Of a stretch of DNA of 57,714 nucleotides, positions 18,802-27,920 are shown piece after piece (positions within the stretch are counted from its first letter, which is position 1; each line of letters opens with the position of its first letter). Origin of the DNA: Pseudomonadota bacterium (GTDB taxonomy: Bacteria; Pseudomonadota; Gammaproteobacteria; Steroidobacterales; Steroidobacteraceae). A program made the translations under genes and the position numbers. The stretch spans positions 1-57,714 of the forward strand of contig JAKAYU010000001.1 of assembly GCA_021809525.1 (NCBI GenBank). Direction: 5' to 3'. The notes below the pieces were generated by a model. That model was not told the origin of the DNA. It did not search any database and saw only the letters and a list, made by a program, of their open reading frames with translations.

Positions 18802-20781
18802 TCAGCCGGCGAGCAGGACCGCCTCGGCCCGTTCGAGCTCCTCGGGCGTCCCGTAGAGCACCACGACGTCACCATCGCGCAGGATCGTGCTCTCGGCTGG
18901 GTTGCGGCCGAGGATGCCGTGGCGGCGGACCCCCGTGACCGTGACCTGTACGCCGCGTGCCCGCAGGTCCCCCAGCATGCGTCCGACCGCCCAGGCCCCC
19001 GGCGGCACCACCACGGATTTGACCTCCTCGCGGAATTCGTGCGACTCATCGAGCGGCAGCGCACCGGTGCGCCGCACGATCGTGCGCAGCACGCTGTAGC
19101 GGTCACCGCGGATCTCGCCGATCAGCCGCACCACGCGCGAGACCGGCACCTGCAGCAGCATCAGCACGTGCGAGACCAGCATCAGGCTCGCCTCGAAGGT
19201 CTCCGGCACCACCTCGGTCGCGCCCGCCGCCTGCAGTTCGAGCAGGCGCGAGTCGTCCTGCGTGCGCACCAGAACTGGCACATCCGGCCGCTGGGCGCGC
19301 ACCGTGCGCAGGATGCCGAGCGCCGTGGCCGGATCGGCGAAGGTGATCACTACCGCCGTGGCAGTGGCGAGCCCTGCAAGCTCGAGAATCTGCTCGTCGG
19401 AGGAGTCACCGTAGATGACCGGATCGCCCGCCTGGCGCGCCGCACCAATGCGCGCCGGGTCCAGATCGAGCGCGATGTATTCGAATCCCTGTGCTTCAAG
19501 CACGCGTGCCACGTTCTGTCCGACGCGCCCGAAACCGCAGAGAATGACGTGCGCGCGCTGGCCGATGGCGCCGGTTGCCGCGCTCTCGCGCTCGTATGCG
19601 GTGTGCTGCGGCGGACCGCGCTCGCGCAGCAGCAGCCGGGCGATCCGCTTGTTGTGATTCAGCAGCAACGGGCTCAACACCATCGAGAGCACCAGCGCGA
19701 GCAGCAGCGGCTGACCGAAGCGCGCGGGCAGCACGCCATCGGCGAGCGCGACGCTGCCCAAAGCGACGCCGAACTCCCCGCCGCTCGCGATCACGATGCC
19801 CGTGCGCAGCGCCTTGAAGCGCGAGCCGGCGAACGGACGCGTCACCAGCGCGGCGATCGCCGCCTTCAGCAGCACGATGAGGGCGAGCAGGGCGAGTACG
19901 ACGCCGGCCTGGCCGGCCAGCCGATGAACATCGAGCAGCATGCCGACCGACACGAAGAACACGCCGAGCAGAATGTCGCGGAACGGCCGCAGCACCGACT
20001 CGAGCTGATGGCGGTACTCGGTCTCGGCGAGCATCATGCCGGCGAGAAACGCTCCGAGGCCCGCCGAGAGGTCGGCGAGGCGGGACACCCAGGCCGCGCC
20101 GATGACCACGAGCAGCGCCGCGAGGGTGAACAGTTCGCGCAGCCGGCTGTGGGCGATCTCGTGAAACAGCGGGCGCAGCAGCCAGCGGCCCGCGGCCAGC
20201 ACCGCGCCGATGGCGAGCGCGCCGCCGGCCGCGGCGAGCAACGCGGCACGCAGGTCGAAGTGGTGGTTCGTGCCCGGACCGAGCGCCGAAGCGAGCGCCA
20301 GCAGCGGCACGAACGCCAGGTCCTGGAACAGCAGCATGCTGAAGGCGAGCCGGCCGTGCGTGCGGTTCAGTTCGGCCCGTTCGGTCAGCTGGTGCAGCAG
20401 GATGGCGGTCGAGCTCATCGCGATGGCGCCGCCGGCGACCACCGCGGCCGGCCAGGCGAGGCCGGCGATGCGTCCGAGCAGGGCGAACACCAGGCTCGTG
20501 GCGCCGACCTGCGCCGCTCCGAGGCCGAACACCTCGCGCCGCATGGCGATCATGCGCGGCAGGGAGACGTCCAGTCCCAGCGTGAACAGCAGGAAGGCGA
20601 CACCCAGCTCGGCGAGCAGCGCCACCGTCGCCGAGCCGCTCACCACTCCGAGGGCATGCGGGCCGCAGGCCAGACCGACGGCCAGGTACGGGAGCGCAGT
20701 CGGCAGGGCGAGCCGGCGAGCGATGGTCACCAGCAGTACCGCTGCGGCCAGCAGAACCAGCATCTGGGTGAGCGGCTGCAT
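18802..20781 (-). CDS. CPA2 monovalent cation:proton antiporter with TrkA-N/TrkA-C regulatory domains (KefB/YbaL-like)
   Basis: About 12 N-terminal transmembrane segments, then the Rossmann 'HVILCGFGRVGQNVARVLEAQG' (TrkA-N) and a C-terminal TrkA-C-like domain. Confidence 0.88.
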   Translation of the reverse strand: MQPLTQMLVLLAAAVLLVTIARRLALPTALPYLAVGLACGPHALGVVSGSATVALLAELGVAFLLFTLGLDVSLPRMIAMRREVFGLGAAQVGATSLVFALLGRIAGLAWPAAVVAGGAIAMSSTAILLHQLTERAELNRTHGRLAFSMLLFQDLAFVPLLALASALGPGTNHHFDLRAALLAAAGGALAIGAVLAAGRWLLRPLFHEIAHSRLRELFTLAALLVVIGAAWVSRLADLSAGLGAFLAGMMLAETEYRHQLESVLRPFRDILLGVFFVSVGMLLDVHRLAGQAGVVLALLALIVLLKAAIAALVTRPFAGSRFKALRTGIVIASGGEFGVALGSVALADGVLPARFGQPLLLALVLSMVLSPLLLNHNKRIARLLLRERGPPQHTAYERESAATGAIGQRAHVILCGFGRVGQNVARVLEAQGFEYIALDLDPARIGAARQAGDPVIYGDSSDEQILELAGLATATAVVITFADPATALGILRTVRAQRPDVPVLVRTQDDSRLLELQAAGATEVVPETFEASLMLVSHVLMLLQVPVSRVVRLIGEIRGDRYSVLRTIVRRTGALPLDESHEFREEVKSVVVPPGAWAVGRMLGDLRARGVQVTVTGVRRHGILGRNPAESTILRDGDVVVLYGTPEELERAEAVLLAG

Positions 20782-20837
20782 CGGGTCTATTGTAGGGGCA
20801 GGGGCGGCACCGGCGCGTTACGCCGGGCCGAAACGAA

Positions 20838-20862
20838 AGAGCCCCGCTCGGGGCGGGGCTCT
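20838..20862 (-). terminator. intrinsic terminator of the Asr-like gene
   Basis: 10-bp stem AGAGCCCCGC / GCGGGGCTCT with a 5-nt loop. On the minus strand it is followed by TTTCGTTTC. Confidence 0.7.
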
Positions 20863-20883
20863 TCGGGCATCAGCCGGTCGGGC

Positions 20884-21162
20884 TCAGGCCTTCTTCTTGG
20901 CCATGTGCTTCATAGCCATGTGCTTCACGGGCTTCTTGTGCCACTTCTTGTGCATAGCCTTCTTGGTCCACTTCTTGTGCATGGCCTTCTTGGTCCACTT
21001 CTTGTGGGCGGCCTTGCGGGTCCACTTCTTGTGCACCATCTTCTTGTGCACGACATGGTGCGTGACGGCAGGGGCCGGGGCCGCGACGGCGGCAATGGGG
21101 GCGGCAGCCAGCGAGCCGGCAACCAGCAGCGCACCGAGTACAGGGACGAGCTTCTTGAACAT
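20884..21162 (-). CDS. secreted, extremely basic His/Lys-repeat mini-protein (Asr/acid-shock-protein-like)
   Basis: Signal peptide 'MFKKLVPVLGALLVAGSLAAAPIAAVAA'. The mature part is made of H-K-K-[WM]-x-[KR]-K-A-[AM] repeats. GGAG lies 6 nt upstream of ATG 21162, and a terminator follows. The resemblance to E. coli Asr is compositional only. Confidence 0.65.
   Translation of the reverse strand: MFKKLVPVLGALLVAGSLAAAPIAAVAAPAPAVTHHVVHKKMVHKKWTRKAAHKKWTKKAMHKKWTKKAMHKKWHKKPVKHMAMKHMAKKKA
20941..21048. repeat. four tandem 27-bp repeats inside the Asr-like gene
   Basis: Units at 20941-20967, 20968-20994, 20995-21021 and 21022-21048. The first two differ at a single base (cat[a/g]gcc). The repeats are in frame, 9 aa each. 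Confidence 0.9.
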
Positions 21163-21294
21163 CGACATCTCCACAAATAGAGAGTTTGAGCGGTTGAGAA
21201 TTGCCCCGAGCGCTCGGCGCCGGAACGGGCCGGATTATTGCAGGAAGATCCGCGCCCCAACCGTGGATGACCGGAACGTAATGTTGAAGAGAGC

Positions 21295-21840
21295 TCAGTG
21301 TCCCTGAAAAGCGACAAGGCTGTGGACCGGCACGCCGAGGGCCTCCAGACGGCGGGCGCCGCCGAGCTCGGGCAGGTCGATGACGAAGCAGGCCGCCTGG
21401 ATCTCGGCGCCCAGGGAACGCAATAGCCTGACCGCAGCCTCGGCCGTTCCGCCCGTGGCAATGAGGTCATCGACGAGCAGCACGCGCTCTCCCGGGTGCA
21501 GCGCGTCGCGGTGCATCTCGATCTCATCGATGCCGTACTCGAGCGAGTAGCTCACGCGCACCGTCTCGTGCGGGAGTTTGCCTTTCTTGCGGATCGGCAC
21601 GAAGCCCGCGCCGACGCGGTGCGCCACCGCTCCCCCGAGAATGAAGCCGCGCGCCTCGATGCCGGCTACGTGGCCGATGCTCGCCTCGCGCCATGGCCGC
21701 GCCAACTCCGCCACGGCCAGCTGGAACATCGGCGCATCGCGCAGGAGTGTGGTGATGTCCCGGAAGACGATTCCGGGCTTCGGATAATCAGGAATGCTGC
21801 GAATGGCGTCTTTGAGCGCCTCAAGGTCACGCGAGTCCAT
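21295..21840 (-). CDS. apt: adenine phosphoribosyltransferase
   Basis: '[18 protein letters not shown]', '[14 protein letters not shown]' and the PRPP motif '[14 protein letters not shown]'. The start is set at ATG 21840. Confidence 0.93.
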   Translation of the reverse strand: MDSRDLEALKDAIRSIPDYPKPGIVFRDITTLLRDAPMFQLAVAELARPWREASIGHVAGIEARGFILGGAVAHRVGAGFVPIRKKGKLPHETVRVSYSLEYGIDEIEMHRDALHPGERVLLVDDLIATGGTAEAAVRLLRSLGAEIQAACFVIDLPELGGARRLEALGVPVHSLVAFQGH

Positions 21841-21888
21841 GATTGCGACTGTACACGGTTTGCGCCGCAGTTGTGCCAAGATTGCCCG

Positions 21889-22452
21889 ATGCAAGCCATC
21901 GATCTGTTGTTACAGCGACATTCGGCAAAAACCCTCGGCGAGCCCGGCCCCGATGCGGCGGCTGTGGAGCTGCTGCTCGCGAGTGGCGCGCGCGCGCCCG
22001 ATCACGGACGGCTGCGCCCCTGGCGATTCATCGTCATTCGCGGCGTGGCCCGCGCGCGCCTCGGGGATCTGCTCGCCGCGCAGCTGCGCCGCGCGCGCCC
22101 GGACTCCGGCCCCGAGGCGCTCGAGCGGGAGCGGCTCAAGGCATTTCGCGCGCCGCTCGTCATCGCGGTGGCGGCGGTGCAGGATCCGCGCGCGGCGGTG
22201 CCCATGATCGAGCAGGTGCTGAGCGCAGGCGCCGCGGCCGAGAACATCCTGCTCGCGGCGTGCGCGCTCGGGTTCAACGGCGTGTGGAAGACCGGCGGCG
22301 CCGCTTACGACGATGAGGTCAAACGCGCACTCGGACTCAAGAGCGCCGATGCGCTGGTGGGCTTTCTGTACATCGGCACCGAGCTGACCGGCGCGACGGA
22401 TCAGCCGGCGCGGGCCGATTGGCGTGATCGGGTGACCTACTGGGCCGAGTGA
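21889..22452 (+). CDS. ydjA: NAD(P)H nitroreductase, YdjA type
   Basis: Collinear with E. coli YdjA ('[14 protein letters not shown]', '[16 protein letters not shown]', 'FRAPLVIAV', 'GVWKTGGA', 'VGFLYIGT'). Confidence 0.88.
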   Translation: MQAIDLLLQRHSAKTLGEPGPDAAAVELLLASGARAPDHGRLRPWRFIVIRGVARARLGDLLAAQLRRARPDSGPEALERERLKAFRAPLVIAVAAVQDPRAAVPMIEQVLSAGAAAENILLAACALGFNGVWKTGGAAYDDEVKRALGLKSADALVGFLYIGTELTGATDQPARADWRDRVTYWAE

Positions 22453-22501
22453 AGCCGTGCGGGCGGGGCGGCATTGCGCCCCGCCCGCCGATCAAGGCGG
22501 C

Positions 22502-23116
22502 TCAATGTGCCGCCGGCACCGGGTAGTGGACGAAAATCTGGCTCACCGCCTCGTCGATGGACCTCCCGGGGTGGTAGAGCGTGTGCTGCGAGATGTCCGA
22601 GGAGGCCGTTCCGCTCCAGATGACCGAGCGGCTCGCGCGGTTGATGACCGAGATGGTTAGCGCCGCGGTCGTCACAGTGCGCACGTCACTGTAATAGCCG
22701 CCCCAGCCGTAGGGCCAGCCGCCCCAGCCGCCCCAGCCATACGGGCCCCAGCCGCCCCAGTAGCCGCCGACGAACGCCGGTCCCATGCCGCCCTCGACGC
22801 GTTCACGCGTGCGCATCCTGAAGTTCACCAGCAGATCCGGGTCGGCATCGGCCGCGACCAGCGTGTAGCCCCGCGCCTGCATCTGCTGCGTGACGTCGCG
22901 CTCCAGACGCTGCGTCGTGAGTGATTTGTACGGTCCGTGATCGGTGCTCGGATGGCGCACGAACGCGAAGGTATGCGCTCCCGCCAGGTTGGCGCCTGCG
23001 GCAATGCGCGTATGAATCACCGGTGCGGTGGCACATGCGGCGAGCAACAACGACGCCGCAGCGGCCGCCAGGATCCCGCCCGTCTTGAGTACCCGCCCGA
23101 AGGACATTGCGCCCAT
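22502..23116 (-). CDS. DUF4136-type lipoprotein with an internal Gly/Trp/Tyr-rich insert
   Basis: Lipobox 'LLLAAC' follows a signal sequence. GGAGGTG lies 6 nt upstream of ATG 23116. The insert reads 'GGYWGGWGPYGWGGWGGWPYGWGGYY'. Confidence 0.75.
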   Translation of the reverse strand: MGAMSFGRVLKTGGILAAAAASLLLAACATAPVIHTRIAAGANLAGAHTFAFVRHPSTDHGPYKSLTTQRLERDVTQQMQARGYTLVAADADPDLLVNFRMRTRERVEGGMGPAFVGGYWGGWGPYGWGGWGGWPYGWGGYYSDVRTVTTAALTISVINRASRSVIWSGTASSDISQHTLYHPGRSIDEAVSQIFVHYPVPAAH

Positions 23117-23200
23117 TGTCACCACCTCCACTATGTACTGACTCTTGAAACGCTCGGGAGTTCCCGCGGTTGACTCCGATCGCCGACACCCTGCGGGGCT

Positions 23201-23225
23201 GCCGGGGCACGAGCTCGTCCCCGGC
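23201..23225 (-). terminator. GC-rich hairpin downstream of the GH15 gene
   Basis: GCCGGGG...CCCCGGC 7-bp stem enclosing the palindrome ACGAGCTCGT. It is ~60 nt after the GH15 stop. There is no U-tract. Confidence 0.4.
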
Positions 23226-23284
23226 CGCTCAGCCGCAGCGTCACTATACGGCCGCGCCCGTGCCGCGAACAGCTCTGGCCCCGC

Positions 23285-25654
23285 TCAGGCGGCCGAACCT
23301 ACCGTGATGCAGTAGTCCTGTCCCGCCCACTGCCCATCGGACTGGCGGCGGTAGGTCAGGTCGATCCGGCGCCCGGCGCTGAAGCCGCGGGTGTCGATCT
23401 CGACGAGGTGCAGGCCGAGCGGGTTCGCTTCGGTCGCGCGCTCCTCGATGTCCTGCCAGCCGTCGTGCCCCCAGCGGAACATGCCCGGTTCGGTCAGGGC
23501 CAGCGTCAGCGCTGCCCCCTGCGGCAGCCGTCCCACCGGAGCATGCGGCGTCCAGATGACTCGCTTCAGCGCCGGACGCTTGCCGCCGTAGCGCTGCCAC
23601 AGTGGCTCGGGGCGGTCGAATGGCCGGCCGAGCGAACGCGAGACGACCAGCTTGATGAATTCCGCGTGCGCCCAGACGAGCGGCATCGCCCCGCCGGTCG
23701 GCCGGCCGGGCTCGAGAAACCGCTCGGGAACGGGTGCGCTGTCCCAGACCTGCTCGGGCAGCATGCCGCCCCCGGAAGCCATGCGCACCATGGTCTCGAG
23801 CAGCGGTAGAGGGTCGCGGCCCGCGGCGAGCTCGTAATGTCCGCGCTCCCCGGTGAGCAGCGGCCAAGCGCGTCCGCGCCCGGTGCCGTTGAACGCTGAG
23901 CCGTCATCGTGCTCCCCGTAGCCATCGTTGTTGTAGCGGTGCCAGCTCGGACCGTTCGGCGTATCGACCTTCAGCAGCGCATCGATGAGCCTGACCGTGC
24001 CGGCGATGAGCGGGTCATCGGGGGCGCGTAGGCCGAAGCGCACCAGCTGCAGGAAGTCGACCCCGACCTGCGCGGCAGCCGGTAGTCCCGGATCGATCAC
24101 TTGGTTGCGGATCGGCAGCATGTCTTGCAGCGCGCTGCGATCGTGCAGCGCATCGGCCGGCGCCACGCGCACATAATACCCGGGGATGCCGTGCTCGCGG
24201 GCGAGCGGGCTGTCGTACACCGCCGTCCAGTTCTCCAGGCTCGCGTTCCAGTAATCGGCGATCGCAAGCGCCAGGTCGCGCGCCTGCGGCGGCAGGTGCG
24301 ATGCGCCGCACACCAGCGCCGCGATGCACGCCGAGAGGGTGAAGGTGTTGATCCCGGCATCCTCTTCCCAGCGGTCCTGGTCCGAAGCCGGCCCGTTGCG
24401 CACGATGAACGAGAGCGCGCGGTGGATCATGTCCGTCACGTGCACCCCATCGAGCGCCCTGCGCTCGTGCAGTGCGCAGGCGAGCAGCACGGGGAAGGCG
24501 GTCTCATCGAGCTGCACGGCGGTCCAGTAGGGCGAACCGCCGAGCCACTGGTTCTGAGTCCAGTGGCCGTCGAGCAGCTGCGTGGCGCGCAGGTAGCGCA
24601 CCGTGTCAAGCGCCTCGCCCGTGGCGCCGAAGGCGAGCAGCGCGCCGGCGCACTCGCACAGGTCGCGCGGCCAGACCAGGTGATAGCCGGCGCGCTCGTC
24701 CTTGGTGTTGCCCCACGGGACGCTCAGACTGGCCACCATCGCCCCCGGAAAGGTCTTGTCCTTGTGCGTGCGCAGCACCATGGTCGAGAGGCTGAACTGG
24801 GTGCGGCAGGCCTGCGGCAGAGAAACGGTGAGCGGGGCGCGTGCGGCGCATCCTTTCTGCCAGGCCGTCCAGTCGGCGATCTGCCGCTGCCAGCTGTTCT
24901 CGAACGGCGCGAACAGCGCTGAGAGCGCCAAGGTCGCGGCCGATTCTGTGCCGCTGCTGATGCCGAGCCCGAGCACTGCCCGGCGGGGCAGCTCGCCCAT
25001 CAGCGCGACGTTGCCCGGCCCGGCGCGGTCGTATTCCCAACTCATCGCGCCGTTGCAGGCGAAATCCTGCCAGCCGTCGCTCGTGCCGACGTAGCCGCAG
25101 CTCGCGTGCCCCCACGCATCGCGCTGATCGGCGTCGACCGCCGCGAGGGCGAGCGCGAAGGGGCCCTGCTCGGCGAGCAGCAGCCGATGTCCGCGGTGCC
25201 CCGCTACGCTTGCGAGGTTGTCGTGTCCGGTGCCACCGACGTGCGGGGCGAGCAGCGCATACGGCCGCAGCGTCTCGTCGCCGACGAGTTCGACCTCGAC
25301 CAGCAGCACGTCGCGATCGGCCGCCGGCACGATGCGCAGCCGCAGCTCGAAGCGCTCGTGACGGTGCACCACGAGAACTGCCGGGATGCCCGGGCCGGCC
25401 AGCGTGACGGTCGGATTGCCGAGGCGCTTGACCTCGACCCAGAATCCCCGGCCGTCCGCCACAATGAAACCCAGGTCGCGGATCTGCGGAATGTCGACAC
25501 GCGGATAGTAGACTTCGTTGACGATGCCGCCGCCGATCGTGAACCACAGGCGTGAATTGCCGAGCGCACAGCCCACGACGTCTTTGGCGCTGCTGCACCA
25601 GGTGGGCGAGAGTCCCGGGGCGCCCGGGGCTTCTCCTAAGCCGGACTCGCTCAT
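23285..25654 (-). CDS. glycoside hydrolase family 15 glucoamylase/glucodextranase-like enzyme (cytoplasmic, no signal peptide)
   Basis: Bacterial GH15 layout: an N-terminal beta-sandwich, then an (alpha/alpha)6 domain with 'GYHLVWPRDL', 'DRWEEDAGINTFT' and 'LPEQVWD'. The start is set at ATG 25654 (GGAGGA upstream); the 26500 extension overlaps hemJ and yciH. Confidence 0.85.
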   Translation of the reverse strand: MSESGLGEAPGAPGLSPTWCSSAKDVVGCALGNSRLWFTIGGGIVNEVYYPRVDIPQIRDLGFIVADGRGFWVEVKRLGNPTVTLAGPGIPAVLVVHRHERFELRLRIVPAADRDVLLVEVELVGDETLRPYALLAPHVGGTGHDNLASVAGHRGHRLLLAEQGPFALALAAVDADQRDAWGHASCGYVGTSDGWQDFACNGAMSWEYDRAGPGNVALMGELPRRAVLGLGISSGTESAATLALSALFAPFENSWQRQIADWTAWQKGCAARAPLTVSLPQACRTQFSLSTMVLRTHKDKTFPGAMVASLSVPWGNTKDERAGYHLVWPRDLCECAGALLAFGATGEALDTVRYLRATQLLDGHWTQNQWLGGSPYWTAVQLDETAFPVLLACALHERRALDGVHVTDMIHRALSFIVRNGPASDQDRWEEDAGINTFTLSACIAALVCGASHLPPQARDLALAIADYWNASLENWTAVYDSPLAREHGIPGYYVRVAPADALHDRSALQDMLPIRNQVIDPGLPAAAQVGVDFLQLVRFGLRAPDDPLIAGTVRLIDALLKVDTPNGPSWHRYNNDGYGEHDDGSAFNGTGRGRAWPLLTGERGHYELAAGRDPLPLLETMVRMASGGGMLPEQVWDSAPVPERFLEPGRPTGGAMPLVWAHAEFIKLVVSRSLGRPFDRPEPLWQRYGGKRPALKRVIWTPHAPVGRLPQGAALTLALTEPGMFRWGHDGWQDIEERATEANPLGLHLVEIDTRGFSAGRRIDLTYRRQSDGQWAGQDYCITVGSAA

Positions 25655-25720
25655 GATGATCTTCCTCCATCTTGCCGCCCGCTTTTTGGTCAAGCGTGCC
25701 GAAGCCGAGTACGATACTGC

Positions 25721-26134
25721 ATGCTCTGGCTCAAGGCATTCCATATCGTCTTCGTGGTGACGTGGTTCGCGGGGCTGTTCTACCTGCCGCGCCTGTTCGT
25801 CTATCACTGTGAAACCACCGATGCGCCGGGGCTGGCGCGCTTTGCGGTGATGGAGCGGCGGCTGTTTGCGCTGATGAGTCTCGCCGGCGCGCTCGCGATC
25901 GCGTTCGGGTTGTCCATGGTGGCCGTCGCGCCGGCGTTTCTGCAGTTCACCTGGCTGCGCGTGAAGCTCGTGCTGGTGGCCGCGCTCATCGGCTACCACC
26001 TGTGGTGCTACGGGCTGATGCGCGCGCTGATCGAGGGGCGCAACCGCCGCTCGCAGCGCTGGTTTCGCATGTTCAACGAAGTGCCGGGGCTGTTGCTGAT
26101 TGCGATCGTGCTGCTCGCGGTGTTGAGGCCCTAG
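25721..26134 (+). CDS. hemJ: protoporphyrinogen IX oxidase, HemJ type
   Basis: 'MLWLKAFHIVFVVTWFAGLFYLPRLFVYH' is the HemJ/UPF0093 signature N-terminus. 137 aa with four transmembrane segments. Confidence 0.88.
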   Translation: MLWLKAFHIVFVVTWFAGLFYLPRLFVYHCETTDAPGLARFAVMERRLFALMSLAGALAIAFGLSMVAVAPAFLQFTWLRVKLVLVAALIGYHLWCYGLMRALIEGRNRRSQRWFRMFNEVPGLLLIAIVLLAVLRP

Positions 26135-26472
26135 CCGCCGGAGCGCTTGGCGTCGTAACCGCGTTGGCGCAGCGCCTCGACCAGCCGGTCGCGGTGCTCG
26201 CCCTGGATCTCGATGCGCCCGTCGCGGACCGCCCCGCCGGCCCCGCAGAGTCTCTTCAGGTCGCGGGCGAGGGTCTCGAGGTCCGCCGGCGCGAGCGGCA
26301 GCCCGAGGATGACCGAGACGGCCTTGCCGCCGCGCCCGGCGACTTCGCGCGCCACTCGCACGGGCGCGGCGCCGCCGGGGCGGGCGGGCGCAACCGCAGG
26401 GCGCTGCGAGGGGGCCGGCGCCTTGCGCAGTACGACGCCGCGGGCGGTGGGGTAGGATTTCACGGCGGGCAT
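26131..26472 (-). CDS. yciH: translation initiation factor SUI1/YciH family protein
   Basis: C-terminal 'GRGGKAVSVILGL...DLETLARDLKRLCGAGGAVRDGRIEIQGEHRDRLVEALRQRGY' is the SUI1 fold. The start is set at ATG 26472. Confidence 0.85.
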   Translation of the reverse strand: MPAVKSYPTARGVVLRKAPAPSQRPAVAPARPGGAAPVRVAREVAGRGGKAVSVILGLPLAPADLETLARDLKRLCGAGGAVRDGRIEIQGEHRDRLVEALRQRGYDAKRSGG

Positions 26473-26639
26473 TATGGCCGTCCGGGCCAGTCCCCGCCAA
26501 TGTGCTGCGCCGACGGCGATGAGATGTTCATTGCGTGCGTCGCTCGATTCACGAACGAATTGGAAGATGCATTGCACTTTTAGGGCGGTAAACTTTCCAT
26601 TCAGCCGACAGAAAACGGCGGTGACGAGGATCCGAATCG

Positions 26640-27917
26640 ATGACGCAGTCGCGCCTGCACGTCCCTCATCCTCCGGCCCGCCCGGGGGAAAAGCCGGACT
26701 TCAGCTATCTGGAGATCCCGCCCGCCGGGCATGAGCCGCGCCCGGACACGCTCACCCCGGCGCTCGAGATCGAGCGGCTCGGCACCGGCATGGTGCGCGT
26801 GCTCGATGAGCAGGGCCACGCCGTGGGGGCCTGGAACCCGCACCTCGAGCCCGAGGATCTGCAGGTGGCGCTGCGCCACATGCTGCTCACGCGGCACTTC
26901 GATGAGCGCATGCAGCGCATGCAGCGCCAGGGGCGCATCTCGTTCTACATGAAGTCGACGGGCGAGGAGGCCGTGGCGGTGGCCCAGGCGATGGCGCTCG
27001 AGCCCGGCGACATGCTCTTCCCCTCGTACCGCACGCAGGGGCTGTTCATCGTGCGGGGCAAGAGCCTCGTTGACCTCATGTGCCAGTGCCTTTCCAATAC
27101 GCGCGACATGTGCCGCGGGCGGCAGATGCCGATCATGTACCACTGGGCGGAAGGCAACATATTCTCGATTTCCGGCAATCTGGCCACCCAGTTCCCGCAG
27201 GCGGTCGGCTGGGCGATGGCCGCGGCCATCAAGGGTGAGGACCGGATCGCGGCGACCTGGATCGGCGAGGGCTCGAGCGCCGAGGCCGATTTCCATCACG
27301 CGATGACCTTCGCGGCGGTGTACCAGGCGCCGGTCATTTTGAACGTCGTCAACAATCAGTGGGCGATCTCGAGCTTTCAGGGGTTTGCCGGTGGCGAGCG
27401 GCGCACGTTCGCCCAGCGCGGGCCGGGCTACGGGATCCCGGGCGTGCGCGTCGACGGCAACGATTTTCTGGCCGTGTACGCGGTGACCCGCTGGGCCGCG
27501 GAGCGCGCGCGGGCGAGCGGCGGGCCGACGCTGATCGAGCACGTCACCTATCGGGCCGCCGCGCACTCGACGAGCGACGATCCGTCTCGCTACCGTCCCA
27601 AGGAGGAATGGCAGGCCTGGCCGCTCGGCGACCCGATCACGCGCCTGAAGAATCATCTGATCGCCCTCGGGGAGTGGTCCGAGGAGCGCCACGCCGCGCT
27701 CGAGAAAGAGCTCGAGGCGCACGTGACCGCCTGTTGGAAGGAAGCGGTTACCTACGGGACGCTCACCGAGGGACCGACGCTCGATCCGGTGAGCATGTTC
27801 GAGGACGTGTTCCACGATATGCCGCCGCATCTGAAGCGCCAGCGCGAGGAATTGCGCCGTCTGCTCGCCGCGCAGCATGCCGCTGCCGCAGCCCAGGTCC
27901 CGGACGCGGAGGGCTGA
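26640..27917 (+). CDS. bkdA1: branched-chain 2-oxoacid dehydrogenase E1 alpha subunit (TPP-dependent)
   Basis: Collinear with Pseudomonas BkdA1 ('RLHVPHPPARPGEKPDFSYL', 'VRVLDEQG', 'RQGRISFYMKSTGEEA', 'GEGSSAEADFH', 'TYRAAAHSTSDDPSRYR'). Confidence 0.9.
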   Translation: MTQSRLHVPHPPARPGEKPDFSYLEIPPAGHEPRPDTLTPALEIERLGTGMVRVLDEQGHAVGAWNPHLEPEDLQVALRHMLLTRHFDERMQRMQRQGRISFYMKSTGEEAVAVAQAMALEPGDMLFPSYRTQGLFIVRGKSLVDLMCQCLSNTRDMCRGRQMPIMYHWAEGNIFSISGNLATQFPQAVGWAMAAAIKGEDRIAATWIGEGSSAEADFHHAMTFAAVYQAPVILNVVNNQWAISSFQGFAGGERRTFAQRGPGYGIPGVRVDGNDFLAVYAVTRWAAERARASGGPTLIEHVTYRAAAHSTSDDPSRYRPKEEWQAWPLGDPITRLKNHLIALGEWSEERHAALEKELEAHVTACWKEAVTYGTLTEGPTLDPVSMFEDVFHDMPPHLKRQREELRRLLAAQHAAAAAQVPDAEG

Positions 27918-27920
27918 GCG

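Noticed and set aside
20941-21048. A possible CRISPR-like or minisatellite array, given the regular 27-bp repeats.
   Set aside because: The units are contiguous with no spacers, in frame, and lie inside an ORF that has a signal peptide, a Shine-Dalgarno sequence and a terminator. They are therefore coding tandem repeats.
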